Shown here: one piece after another, positions 1 to 59,466 of the stretch | How positions within the stretch are numbered: position 1 is the stretch's first letter | How the letters are laid out: each line of letters starts with the position of its first letter | Origin: Tubiluchus corallicola | Taxonomy: Eukaryota; Animalia; Priapulida | Direction of reading: 5' to 3' | DNA length: 64,000 nt | NCBI GenBank assembly: GCA_030141605.1 | Contig: JAQGDQ010002380.1 | Span: 1-64,000 of the forward strand | Notes under the pieces: generated by a model | Told to the model about the DNA's origin: nothing | Seen by the model: the letters and a program-made list of their open reading frames with translations, nothing else | The model's database searches: none | Program-made: the position numbers and the translations under genes

Positions 1-2138
1 CTGGCGAACTCTACAATCAATTTCACTGCACGTTTTTTACACTGCTCCCACGTCCGAGACACCATAATTTTCAGCTAAATTTGCTAACAAATTTTTTTAC
101 AGCGCAAGGAAAGCTCAAACTGTTAAGGTTCTAGTTTTGTAGTTAATAAAACTATTTGTTTCAAGAATCCCCTTACAATTATTGTTGTGGTACCGAGCGC
201 GGTCTATAGCCAATTTCATTTCACGTTTGCTCCCATGTCCCATAGATGCCGCCACAATGTATCTCCTGAAGCCAGGGCAGCAACCTCGACATCAGATAAA
301 ATTTCTAATAACTTTGAAATAACAATTTGAAGCGTTCGCTGTGTTGGCTTAATTGCTTTTTATTGATTATAGGTATATACGCGCGCGCTGTGAAGTTGTT
401 TTGTTTGTAACAATTTCTCAAAAAATTTTACAACTTACCATCTGTACCGCGTTCTTTGGACGACTCTTGATGTCTTTGACTTTTTCATTGGCTGAAAATC
501 GACAAGGAATTCCATTAACAAGCGATAAAATTATACTAGAACACACTTGAAAAGGTCATTCACACGGTACTGAAAGAACTACACATCAGAAGACAGCATG
601 CGTTTAGATAAATGTTTAGAAATAGAAGAAAAATGTTTCCTTGTCAAAAAAATTTCGATAAGCAGTTTAATACATTGTGTAACACCAAATTTCACCATAT
701 TAGCTTATTATTTAGTTGTTGTACGCGTGTCTGACCATCAGCAATCAAGCTTACAGTAAAAAATTTATTTCGTTGCTAATTCTATTTATTTTTGCAGCAT
801 ATTCTAAAGACCTGTTCTACAACAGTTTAGTATCCCGCTATAAAAAAACCTGCAAAATTAGGACCACTAGAAACAAACTGGCATTAAATTCAAGTCAAAT
901 CTAGTCAAAAATAGCCGTTAAATTTTCTTGCACTAGGATTTGTAAGGATTTTTTCAGTGCATTTACGTAGTATAGTCTCGAAAATTGAAATCACTAGAAA
1001 ACTAATAATCCATATAATTTCTAATCCAAGCCTGTCCACTTCTTTCCTTCGACATCTGCAATTCAGTATTAACTGAAATAAATAATTGACTTATTTTCTG
1101 AGAAGAATTTTTTAAGCAAATAAAACATCAATGAAACGAAAAGGCTCCACGTATTGCTGATGAAAAGTAAATCTCAACTTACTGACTGCCTCAATGATGT
1201 CTGCCAACAACACTCCATCACCGATATCAGTCTGCAAATCATTTATCAACTGTTTATGTTTGGCTCTTTCCAAATAATGATTAGCCCAGTCTGTGTATAT
1301 CTAGAAAGAAAAACATTAAATTACCACAAACAATACGAGAAAATATATTACTCATTGTTAATAAAATCTAGAAATAATTGGATTGAAATAGAAAATTAAA
1401 AGAATTAAGCAGGTGGATGTCGCACGTGACAAATATACTGATTTCAAAGGGCACAGCGCTAAAATGCAGAAACGACAAAAACTTGAATTTGAACGGCAAT
1501 GAACGTTCAACAGTATAAGGTTCAAACGTAAACAACGCAAAAATATTCGCTATAATTCTGAACAATACGCTAATCAAAGCGTTAACCGGAAATTCTCTTT
1601 TTATTAGATAGAAGGCTTTGTAGAGTTCTGTTTTTCCTTATAAACTGTGTTATAGTTACAGTTATACGTATGGAGTTACTGAGTACAAAATATAGCTATT
1701 CTTTTTTCTCTTCTCCAGTCCACCTCCACACTCCACAGCCCCTAGGAGACACATTATCCCATTATTCCACGCCTTATCTAGTCATCCCACCTCATCATCA
1801 CCAGGAGCGCTTAATGTGAGATAAATGAAATTCGATCCGGTTAATATTTTATGTATCTGCCCGGGCCGACATTATCTGATCACTGGATGACTCATCCTAA
1901 AGTGCTTCATTCTGGTCATGGTCCAGCTAACACACGGGCTTCACACACAATAACTGGGTTATGGATGACGCAACTCTCCAGGTGCACTCCATAGAATGCG
2001 GGGCAAAATTTATCCAAGTCACGAATTGGCTTCCCTTGTTGTAAAATAATAATGATAATGAAGAAATGTGGTGGTGGACAGCCAGGACAAAGAGATGAAA
2101 GGCGGCATGGCTAACACAAAGCCTCAGCAATTTACTAG
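1..2138 (-). repeat. Inverted duplicate of 5310-7540 (5' part of the CH-RhoGEF gene); probably continues beyond the window start
   Basis: Position 1 onward is the reverse complement of ~7540 downward; homology ends near 2138/5310. The copies differ by scattered substitutions, and this copy lacks ~85 bp (6102-6186). Confidence 0.95.
439..1300 (-). pseudogene. Duplicated CH-domain exons (1183-1300 and 439-491) with intact splice sites; partial paralog, pseudogene or allelic copy
   Basis: Reverse complement of exons 6237-6354 and 7045-7097, identical as read by eye; AG acceptors and GTAAGT donors are intact. Confidence 0.7.
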
Positions 2139-2618
2139 TAATTTTAATCGATAGCGATATCGCTAGCAACAGCGCCTTTTAATTAACATGATGACATCTG
2201 TTGTTGAGAAAGGAGAAGCAGTATTAACTATTACACTTTAAACGGCAAAATTGGCATTCTTATTGTTACCTAGCAGGTGGCTCAGTGGCCTGAAAAGGAA
2301 TATATCAGTAATCGAGCTTCTAACTATGTGAGGTATGAATATTCACTCATAATTCAGCAATGAACGGATTTTGTAACGTGCATGGCCAGTTAAGCCACTC
2401 AAAGTTCGCAACCGGTGTGGACACCACCCGTTCATCGTGTTGCTTAGTTTCCTAAAATACTTCATAACGAACTTGAGTAAGCACGATTTTTTTCAATATC
2501 GGCTAGATATAATTCTGTTAAGCATCATAATGCATAATTTAAAAAGTCTTGCACCGATTCAGAATACATTTGTTTTGTGTCAGGTTTAAAGTCTTGAACA
2601 TCGTGACACCTGCATTTC

Positions 2619-2755
<137 letters not shown>

Positions 2756-5700
2756 AAAAATTTAAATTGATTTAATTCACAATTTACAATTTTATCACTT
2801 AAAGTCCACATAAAAATGCACCTAAAAACAAAATTATTTTTAAAATAAACCTAAGACATAAATACATCGCTACACGTTAAAACCTAAAACGAAAATTACT
2901 AAATTGCAATAAAACAGAGCTTGCAAGCATCAAATTACACCAAAAACACGCTATTTACATTATTACGGTACAAGAAACTATGCACACCTAATCAATTCAC
3001 TAAAATAATGACGAAAGTAATCACAAATACATTACAAGGACATCGCTCGGAAGACTATACCAGCCAAACACGCCTATGTAATCTAGTATTCAGGTTTATT
3101 GCTCTTGGAAAGTGTAGTTCTATAGTTCTAGTATAATATTAGTATAACGTAATAACATTAAACATTTAGATTTCTCAAACCAAGTAAAATATTATGTAAG
3201 AATACTACTACTTTTTAATTTTTTGTTAGTCGATAACTCTTGCTCATACTTGTACCGCGTGGCTCTGTAATAGATATACTGAGATATTAAACACCAACGT
3301 TATATGCGTATTTCCTGCTGTAAAATATTTACAATTATTATGTATTTTACAGACGTATTTTTGTAACTGACGGTGTTACGCTAGGTTATGTTATCTTACG
3401 TTAGTTGTACACCTATATTATTGACTGAAAATGTTAATTTGTTAAGAAAATATTATCACAGCGAGACACCTGATAAATTTGGTACATAATGGCAATTGTT
3501 TGAGTTCGTGCAGGTAGAATTGTGGTGGATAAGTGAATCGGGCAGCCGATGAGTCACCTCTTGCCTGTAATGCTCACTAGGATTGTAAGGTGAACAGATT
3601 TCCCCTTTACGTTACAATCTGACCGTTCACGTGATATCATTTATATGTGAGTTCAATTAATTCCACTAAAACACTCTGAATTCGGAATGATATAACCGTG
3701 TGCTATGCAATTAAATATTGATTGTTAATCTCTGTGTACCGCTAAAGAAATTATTTTTTTGGTAAATTCAGCCTACTACAGACAAAACTTAAAGCATAAA
3801 TTTTGCTATAAACAATTTAGGATTCGATGTGTTTAGCATAAAAAGGGTTTGAGTCATTATATCCTCCCGGAAATACTAACACGTATAGCTAAGTTATGTA
3901 TATCTTTCGGACGCGGCATTATTGTTCAGCTCTTGTGCATTAAATTGTGCACTATATAAAAAGTAGCAGAAGAAGGCTTCAATAATGCTTTTTCTGATTT
4001 GCTAGAACATTCATATCATTCTTTATCCCCTTTTCTTTTTAACTCGCTTGCGATGTCGCTTTCTTTTTTTCTTTCCTTCTGTTTCTCTGTCTCTTGTAAG
4101 TTTCGCTAAAACAATTCACGCATTCCATTTTACACTATTGAATTTTTTTTAAATTGCACAAACAACATACTGTAACTATTACTCCAGCATTTTGCGTGAT
4201 AAGCAACCATGAAAATAACTAATGCAATTTGTGTCTACCGAAATTTTTGTTTATGCATTAATAAGTGATGCTTGTGATTATAATTTATGAGCTATTTGGA
4301 AATAGCTTGAGTCATGCGGTTGCCAGGCCCTCCTTACCATCTGCTCAGGGGTTTCCTAAAATGCAGAAATGCGTTTGATTGCAAATGTTATTTATTTGTA
4401 TTCCATTGAAAGTTATAGCTTCAAGTGCTTAAAAAATTAAAATGTTGAAGATCTATCCAACATTGACTAAATTGTTGTTGTAAATCGTTTTGGCGCAGTT
4501 ATTGATGAGTTTCACGCTCCTACAATGCTATTGTACAATCTTACGCGCTACCTCTGGCTTCCCTAATGAATCGAATTTGGACAAGATTAGGGTCAGACAT
4601 GTAATGGGTGACTCAAAAATGTTGCGCCAAAATATCTTGCCTATAGTTACGTTTTGCTACACGTGACAATGGTGTTAAAAATTTTCTCAAAAAATATGAA
4701 ACACGTCAGTTGTTCAAGGATTGTAAAACAATTACAACACGTTATATTCTAGTTGGTTAGTTGATGGTCAACAGGATCCATGACTCACTGACTGACTGAA
4801 TACAGCCTTTTATAATTTGCTAATTAATTGCTTTATCGGCAAGTGATTAACTCACTGATACTGATGGAAACTCAACTAACTTACCTTGTCAAGCTGTTTA
4901 GCAGCCTCATTGACTGAAAAGTTATTTGTTGTATTTTATATATTTAATTGTTTAGCTAACTTCCTGGCTGAACCGATCGACCAACTGACTGACCCGCAAA
5001 CTGGCTTGCTAACAAATTCATTGACTCTTTGGTTTACTGCCCGACAGGCCACTTAACCGTCCGATTAACTGGGTTCTACACGGAAGCAGGTCTGTGAAAA
5101 ATATTGCTGCAGAGAGTTTTGTCCACTCTATCTACAACTTTTTCCGTTTAAATGTTAGAAGCTACCACTACCTTACTGCCGTCTAACTCCTGTTTTGCTG
5201 ACAAAGTAGCTTCGTGTTGATACTGCAATAATTAGTTGTTGCAAAATGTAAAGCGAAGTTATAACTTCAGGGTTAGCTTGCTCTTCAGTGTTTTCATTAT
5301 TTATTTAATCTAGTTAATTGCTGAGGCTTTGTGTTGAAGCCATGCCGCCTTTCATCTCTTTGTCCTGGCTGTCCACCACCACATTTCTTCATTATCATTA
5401 TTATTTTACAACAAGGGAAGCCAATTCGTGACTTGGATAAATTTTGCCCCGCATTCTATGGAGTGCACCTGGAGAGTTGCGTCATCCATAACCCAGTTAT
5501 TGTGTGTGAAGCCCGTGTGTTAGCTGGACCATGACCAGAATGAAGCACTTTAGGATGAGTCATCCAGTGATCAGATAATGTCGGCCCGGGCAGATACATA
5601 AAATATTAACCGGATCGAATTTCATTTATCTCACATTAAGCGCTCCTGGTGATGATGAGGTGGGATGACGGGATAAGGCGTGGAATAATGGGATAATGTG

Positions 5701-6236
5701 TCTCCTAGGGGCTGTGGAGTGTGGAGGTTGGTTGGAGAAGAGAAAAAAGAATAATTATATTTTGTTACTCAGTAACTCCATGTCTATAACTGTAACTATA
5801 ACACAGTTTATAAGGAAAAACAGAACTCCACAAAGCCTTCTATCTAATGAAAAGAGAATTTCCGGTTAACGCTTTGATTAGCGTATTGTTCAGAATTATA
5901 GCGAATACTTTTGAGTTGTTTACGTTTGAACCTTATACTGTTGAGCGTTCATTGCCGTTCAAATTCAAGATTATGTCGTTTCTGCATTTTAGCGCTGTGC
6001 CCTTTGAAATACATATATTTGTCACGTGCGATATCCACCTGCTTAATTCTTTTAATTTTCTATTTCAATCCAATTATTTCTAGATTTTATTAACAATGAG
6101 TGAGCTGCACTCATAACAGCCAAGGCAAGATTTTTCTACAGCGTCACTTAGTGGTAAAAAATAGACCACTAATTTTTAGCTTTGAATAATATATTTTCTT
6201 GTATTGTTTGTGATAATTTAATGTTTTTCTTTCTAG

Positions 6237-51910
<45,674 letters not shown>

Positions 51911-52703
51911 ACAGATTAATTTTTGATGTAAACTGTCTGTGATGAGATATGTAAATAAATTTTATTGTTCAGTAAAACAGTAGCTTTTAATTGGCTTTTT
52001 TCCTTTTTAACTTATTGTTCAAACTAGCGATATTATAATCAATATTGCACATGCAAAAGCATTAAAAGAACCTTTCTAAGATGATTAGCACTATTGGCAC
52101 TAATTGGGAACTCTTCGCTCTCCGTTTACTAAATGTAGTGTTCGGCTAACTTCGTTTATTTTTAGATACAAATTGTCTCAAACAAGGCCATTAGCTACTC
52201 AGGGAAAGAGTTACAATAGGAGTGGAAATATGAGTACATTTCCAGAACAAAAGTATTCTTGTAAGTTGAAAGGGAAACAATTTTATAGCAGGAGGTTTCA
52301 CTGATAACTTGTGCATACACAGTCCATTTGAAGAGTTCCACTATTACCTGGTATAGACTGGAAAGCGAAGTTGACAAAGCACGCAGAAAAATATTATCAT
52401 TGGTAGAGCATTCCAAGCTAACGGATATTCTTGAAAACTTTAGATTTCCTTGGAAATCAAATCTCACAGTTTTCCGTCATCTGCAGAAGCTGTATTCCTC
52501 ATATCTGTATAACCTCAAAGGCCTGTCTCCAAGAGGTGGATCTCGTGGGACTCATCGATACTTATAGCCCCTTTTTGCCCTTCATTCCAATGCAGAAATC
52601 GAAGTTTTAACAATGAGGAGATCATCCTTGTCAATGGCGGTTCCGATCTTTTAGAACTGGCGACCATTTCAAATACACTTGTGGGAAAATCACCAGTGTT
52701 ATG

Positions 52704-52754
<51 letters not shown>

Positions 52755-54104
52755 ATGCGTGTGTCCAAAATCTTTCAACCAAGAGCTGTGTGTGTGCGTG
52801 CGTACGTGCGTGCGTGTGTATGTCCAAAATCTTTCAACCAAGAGCCGTTGAATTTAACAAAATTCACTAACTGGAATAGTCAATAGAGTGATATAATTCA
52901 CAAGTACTGCTGAGATGAACTAATAGATCATGCGACTACAATACTGCAAAACTATCCGCTTGTTACAGAATAATTTTTTCGAAAGCTCACAATGACTTGG
53001 TCAAACCTAACATTAAAATTTCGTCTTCTGTCTGGATCCTCAGGACTTTTTCTTCTGTCTTTTTGAATTGTCTTTCACAAAGCCAGTTCAGTCAAATTCT
53101 GTAGATGTTTCATGAAATCGCGCGTTTGTGTTTGAAGCAACCCTTCCCTATTCAGAATATGCTGGCCGACAGTATGGCTTCAAACAGTTCCATAAGATCA
53201 GAGAGTTATTCAACGTGTTGGGTTTTGCAAGGTTACACGTGTATGATACAGATTTCTTGTGACGTATCAGCACGACGAATAGGCCACCAATACCAGGTAA
53301 GAATTAAACATTTTGTAAATTAATTTCTCCCAATTTTCATTTACAGAATTTTGTAGTTTGTAAATTTTTGGAAAATTTGTTGATCGTGTTCACACTTATA
53401 AAAAAAGTTTTCATGAAATTATATATTCATTGCATTATAGCTACTGTAGTCTCAGTGTATTTCAAGAAATTAAGATTACGTGTATTTTAGAAGTGAACTA
53501 AGTTTTACACCTAAATGTTAGTGGATTCTCACCTAGCATTAACGATAACCTACCATTTCTCTAGTTAACGTGCATTGTAGAACAACTTTAAAAAACGTTT
53601 TTTATTTGCCATCTGACAAAAACGTTTTTAGTGTGCATGTCACGTTTAATTTTAGGTTATTGAGGCAAACATCACTTAGACTAGTACAGCAGTTTTTATT
53701 CGTTAATTTATAAAAGAGGTATATTTAAACTTTAGTCAATTATATTCAAAACATTAACGCAGTTACGTACTTAAGGCCTAAACTAATTGTAAGAGAGAAA
53801 TTTTTAGACGATGCCACTGCATACATAAACCATAGGGAATACAGTAATATCAAATTTAATTATCGTCTTTTTATTCAGATTTTCAATTTAGAATAAACAC
53901 TTGGCACTCACGACCAAGTGGTCACTAAGCTAACTGTGTTAAACCAATGACACACGGCCGCCAAAACACACAAACCCGCCGACGTCGGCCATGATAACTC
54001 TCCTTAACAGGGCTGTCTCTCCCATTAATGCAAACCAGGCAGTTGCGCAGGGCACCAAATTTTGGTTGGCGTCAAATTCTGGAAGTAATTATTTCATTTT
54101 GAAG

Positions 54105-54746
54105 TTTAGCTTAAGTAATAACATAGCGTATGTGTAATAACATAGCTTAAGTAATAACATTGTGTATGTGTAATAACATAGCTTAAGTAATAAAATTGTG
54201 TATGTGTAATACCATAGCTTAAGTAATAACATTGTGTATGTGTAACATAGATTAAGTAATAGCATTGTGTATGTGTAGTAATATAGCTTAAGTAATAACA
54301 TTGTGTATGTGTAATAACATAGCTTAAGTAATAACATTGTGTATGTGTAATAATATAGCTTAAGTAATAACATTGTGTATGTGTAATAACATAGCTTAAG
54401 TAATAACATTGTGTATGTGTAATAATATAGCTTAAGTAATAACATAGCGTATGTGTAATAACATAGCTTAAGTAATAACATTGTGTATGTGTAATAATAT
54501 AGCTTAAGTAATAACATAGCGTATGTGTAATAACATAGCTTAAGTAATAACATTGTGTATGTGTAATAATATAGTTTAAGTAATAACATTGTGTATGTGT
54601 AATAATATAGCTTAAGTAATAACATTGTGTATGTGTAATAACATAGATTAAGTAATAACATTGTGTATGTGTAATAACATAGATTAAGTAATAACATTGT
54701 GTATGTGTAATAACATAGCTTAAGTAACAACATAGCGTATGTGTAA
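54105..54746. repeat. 36-bp minisatellite, ~18 copies
   Basis: Unit CATAGCTTAAGTAATAACATTGTGTATGTGTAATAA. Confidence 0.96.
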
Positions 54747-55338
54747 TTCTTTAAGTGCGCAACACTAATCAAACGAAACGAACCATAATCTTTCTGTCGA
54801 AATGGATAATTCATCGATGCTAGGAAGTTAATTCCTACAGCAAAACACTTTCTAGTTTAGTTTTATTTGTATTTCTAAGATTACATCATTCCACTCAGAC
54901 ATTTCTTGCGCGTGATTTTGCAAGCATTTTCTATTCTATGCATCGAGCAGCCTCGCTACGTAAGTGCTTATTGTAATGACCCTTACGTTAATAAACACTT
55001 CTTTCTATAGCATTTGTCTAATTATGCCAAATAAACTTACAAGAGTCGAAGTGTTTAGGAGCGGAATTATACAGGAAATGAAAAGCAAGAAAGCTAGCGG
55101 GTGACGGGTGGCGGGTGGCGACAATGAACAGCAGAAAGATTCGCCAGTGAAGCATTTGCAACAAAACCAGAGTTATGAAGCAGATGAAGCTAGTGAAATG
55201 GATGTACACGAAGAAAGAAGTTAAAGTTTCAAGGATTTCCTGACGAATAGCTGAGGGAAAATCTAAACAAGAAGAGCTGAAATCACAGAAATTTGATTGC
55301 TCCTGTAATAGGGTTATAAAGTCAGTTTCAAATTTAGT

Positions 55339-55655
55339 CAACACAATACAAGCTGTAGATAGGTAATTGACCACACTTAATTAGTTCACTATCACACATG
55401 CATAAGTCTAACACACAGGTACCATTATACTTTATTATAATATCATACAAGAAAAATTCAAATTTGCTGATGCTGTGTGAACCGGGGTGGAAGGGGTTGA
55501 CCGTTGTTCAAATTCCGTCAACACAGCACAAACTGTAGATCTATCACACATGCATAAGCCTAACGCACAGGTAGCATTATACTTTACTATAATATTATAC
55601 AAGAAAAATTCAATTTTGCGGGTGCTGTGTGGACCGTGGAAGGGGTTGACCGTTG
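55339..55655. repeat. Local direct duplication (~140 bp homologous, 2 copies)
   Basis: ctatcacacatgcataag...ggaaggggttgaccgttg occurs twice. Confidence 0.85.
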
Positions 55656-57871
55656 AAGAGGGGGCGCTAAAACTAATTTTCCCTAAGGCCTACTAAGGAA
55701 AATTGTGTTAGCCATGACCCCTTAGATCTGAATAAAAAGACGATACTTCAATTTGATATTACTGTACACCACATGGTTTATGTATGTATTTTAAATTTCT
55801 CTCATGCAATTAGCTTAGGTCTTAAGTACGTAATTGCGTTAATGTTTCGAACAGACATCAAAAATAATTCACTAAGAGTTTAAATATACCTGTTTTATAA
55901 ATTAATAAATAAATACTGCTGTACTAGTCCAAGTGATTTTTGCCTCTGTAATTTAAAATTAAACGTGATATGCACACTCAGACTACCTAGAGCCCACCCT
56001 GCTCGTTAAATTATAGAAGCCATTGAAAAGATTCACACTTGTGAAACTACTAGCTGTTCGCGTCTGTAGTGTAATGTAACTACAAAAACTTATAAATTAA
56101 GTATCTTAGCGCATTATATCGTTGTATGTAAAAATGTCCTACCGAAGAGAGACACTGCCAGTTCAAGCATTTTTCGTTCTTTGATTTGATACAGTGAGTT
56201 ATCATTGATAGACGGTGCTATACTTAATTTCTCTAAGGAAAAAGCCAGAAAGGCACTTAGTATATATGCTAAACAGTCCGTTCATCGCTTATGTTTTCCT
56301 TTATTGCTATTTTGATGATTGCTGTTCATTGCTAGTTTTGCTGCTAGCTAAAATACTCGTGTTTATCTAACTGTCTTTCATGTTTGGCATCAAAATTTCA
56401 TCAATTGTTGGTTTTTTCCATCCTTAAAGGAAGACAGGGTGATTTTTTTATATACCAGCCCATTTCAAGTCCGATAAAAGGGATACATTTTAACACAATT
56501 AATACCGCAAAAGTAGTTCTCATAATTAAATAATAGATTAAAAATTTAATTAACGGCGGGCTAGCCCACCTATTGATGACATCACCAATTAACATAATTT
56601 TCAAAGGCAAAAATACTCCACTAGCTTGTTTGAACTGTTTGAAAAGTACAGTGGTATTCAGTGTGTTGTATCAAAGCAAGGCAAGTTTTAATATAAAAAT
56701 TCAAATTTCAGAATAAGTGCTGTGCTCACGCATGAGCTGTCGAATGTTTGTAGTTCGTCGCAAACTAACGCATCTGAACAGAGAGGCACAGCACCTGTTT
56801 TTTGTGCATTGCGTTTCTGAAATGCAGGCGCTAGTGCCCGTCTAGCTAACGAATGGCGAAATGCATGTAACAGCGAAGAACTAGTGGCGCGAACGTGAAA
56901 TTGTATTTCTGGGGTATTAATTATTTCACGTAAGTCATTTTTGAAAAAAAGAGTATGTTTCCTTTCAATATTTTAAAGAGTAGATTGTTTTGACCTACAG
57001 TTTAAGATTAGGCCTGGTTTTACTTTAATAATAATAATCTTGATTCTAGTTACTCAATTAAGTCATTAATTTTCCACAGAAATTTCAGGATCAAAATTGA
57101 TGTTAATTGTTAGATTCACTCCAGTGTAAGAGGTCTAACAGTGGAAATGCTGAAATTAGTTTACCAAACAAAAAGAATGAACTTTGGGCTGCTTTAATCA
57201 TTGGAAATAGGGAAATAGGGAGACAAAATCCAGGCTGTATCCCATCTATTTTCAAATTTCCTGTCTCTGGGCTTTAGTATCAAAATTTAATTTACTGTAT
57301 CTTTGTTCCATCATTCATGTTCTGTCATTGTTTTAATTTTGTCGGAAAAATTTATTTGACCCAACATCTTGGTCTGTGGATAGTTTTTTCCTAGAAACGG
57401 AGAAGGGTTTTTATGGGATATGAAAAAGGGTGGTTATATTTTCACTGTTTGTGACGTTTTTCTGCCTAGACCCGAAGTCTCATTTTCATTTTCTTTTCGG
57501 GACTGTGCAGTGATTGTAAAATGCTTAGCAAGAAAAACATTTTTACGTTTTAATTTGGTTTTCCCACAAAAATAAATCTGTGTATACGAGTTACGTGCCT
57601 ATTCCGACAGAACTATAACTACAATGTATTACCGGTTTATTTCCTAAACGCTATTTCGCCAACTTAAACATCGAAATTTTAAGTTTCGAAGTTTTACAAA
57701 CGACGAGTAAAATCATCAGCAATACAAGTGCACTAATTCTCAGATTATTTTCCCACTAAACTGTGAATTTTACTCTTGTTGTTGGAGTGTGTCCCATTCT
57801 TTTGTGCTTGCTAAACTATTTTGGGATAAATTGCGCTAAGCATTCTTTCATGTAAGTCATTTTTGAAAAAA

Positions 57872-58110
57872 AATAGTATGTGTCCTTTTAATATTTTAAA
57901 GAGTAGATTGTTTTGACCTACAGTTTAAGATTGGGTCCGGTTTTACTTTATATAGTATGTTTCCTTTCAATATTTTAAAGAGTAGATTGTTTTGACCTAC
58001 AGTTTAAGATTGGGTCCGGTTTTACTTTATATAGTATGTTTCCTTTCAATATTTTAACGAGTAGATTGTTTTGACCTACAGTTTAAGATTGGGTCCGGTT
58101 TTTACTTTAT
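57872..58110. repeat. ~79-bp tandem triplication from the end of the dispersed repeat
   Basis: atagtatgtttcctttcaatattttaaagagtagattgttttgacctacagtttaagattgggtccggttttactttat x3. Confidence 0.92.
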
Positions 58111-58241
58111 ATTATACTTTATATATTTTACTTTAATTTATAACACGGAATTATATAGAATAATTTTTGCTTGCATTACAATTTTTTTCTACTAATGATT
58201 GATAACTAACGATCATGAAAATACTCGATTATTTTTGCAGT

Positions 58242-59420
58242 ATGCAGGGGATAGGTGTTTGCCTGGTATTGGTATTACTGGCAGGACTATCATCTACTGA
58301 AACTCAGCCAGGTAAGTATTAATTTGGTTTCACATTTTAAATACAGTTTGACGTCGGTTAGTTAAATTATTTCGCCATTATTAGGTGTAAGACATTAAGA
58401 AAATGAACATATCTGTATCTCTATAAGTTCAGCAGTTGTTTCACTGATTGTTTGATTGGTTTTTTTCAACATGAAATTTTGACAGCAAATGTCTGGAGAA
58501 TCTTAATTAACGCTGGCGCAATTTTTGGCAAATTCTTTTTTTCATTTACGGTTTGTGTGGGATTTTGATAAAAGTAAATCAAATGTTATTGATATGAACC
58601 TTTGTTTCCGTGCCTGTGCCGTTAATGAAACACCATTGTTTAGTAGCCAAATTAGCGATGTTACTATGTTTTAAATGTGTTAATCAGAATTTAACAATCC
58701 ATTGCGATTCCTTCCATCTACGATTAACAGCTATCTGTTGGTGAGCATAAACCGCAATCGTTTGTTAAATTCTTTGTTTTCACACTACAATCAAAGACTA
58801 ATTATCCAAAACACCATATTATGGTTAGGTAATTAGTAATTACAGTAAACAGTTAAGTGTAAGTAAACTAACAGTTCCCTTGGTTGGTGACCTAATATTA
58901 TGCAATAATGAACGCTAATCCTAAAGAATTTTAAGATACTTTTCTTTCAACTCTTTTTTTTCATAACTAAACATACATGTTTATCCACTTTTGCTAGCTT
59001 CAAGCGGAAAATTAATTTTTTTTCTTCCTTTGACTCTAGGTCCTCATAATATTAATTTTAAATACGTAAAGGTTAAATTATTATTAAAAGATAGGCACGT
59101 GTGTCTCTTCTTTCCCATTATTGAACATTATTTTATTATAAACTAACACATTCGTATAACGTTCAATTTTCATTCGTCTTAAATGCAAAATCTGATAATT
59201 TTTTATTATCTGATACATGCGCATTAACTAATTAATTATATTAGTAACAATTCTGAGAGGGTGGCTGACCTCGATGACTTATAGTTCTTTCGCCACCCTT
59301 TCACCACTAATCAATAATTACTTTTGCACTTTGTAATGTTGTATTATTGTATGTTGTATAGATTTATAAATCTGTTAGTTATGTATTTTGCTATTTTAAA
59401 AATGGTGATAAACTAATAAA

Positions 59421-59466
<46 letters not shown>

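Larger units (their letters stand above)
53630..55979. mobile_element. Old long-TIR (~170 bp) non-autonomous DNA element enclosing a minisatellite
   Basis: 53630-53805 and 55793-55979 are diverged inverted repeats (AGTGTGCATGTCACGTTTAATTTTA...); no TSD seen. Confidence 0.6.

Noticed and set aside
5400-6155. First coding exon of the CH gene
   Set aside because: Several ATGs and donors are present, but no open, phase-0-compatible exon could be established.
52180-53300. Coding-like composition downstream of the RhoGEF gene
   Set aside because: All frames are interrupted and no motif was recognised; possibly a decayed transposon, needs a translated search.
54089-54814. 241-aa ORF of YYTYTMLLLKLC repeats
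   Set aside because: Translation of a 36-bp minisatellite that happens to lack stops on one strand.
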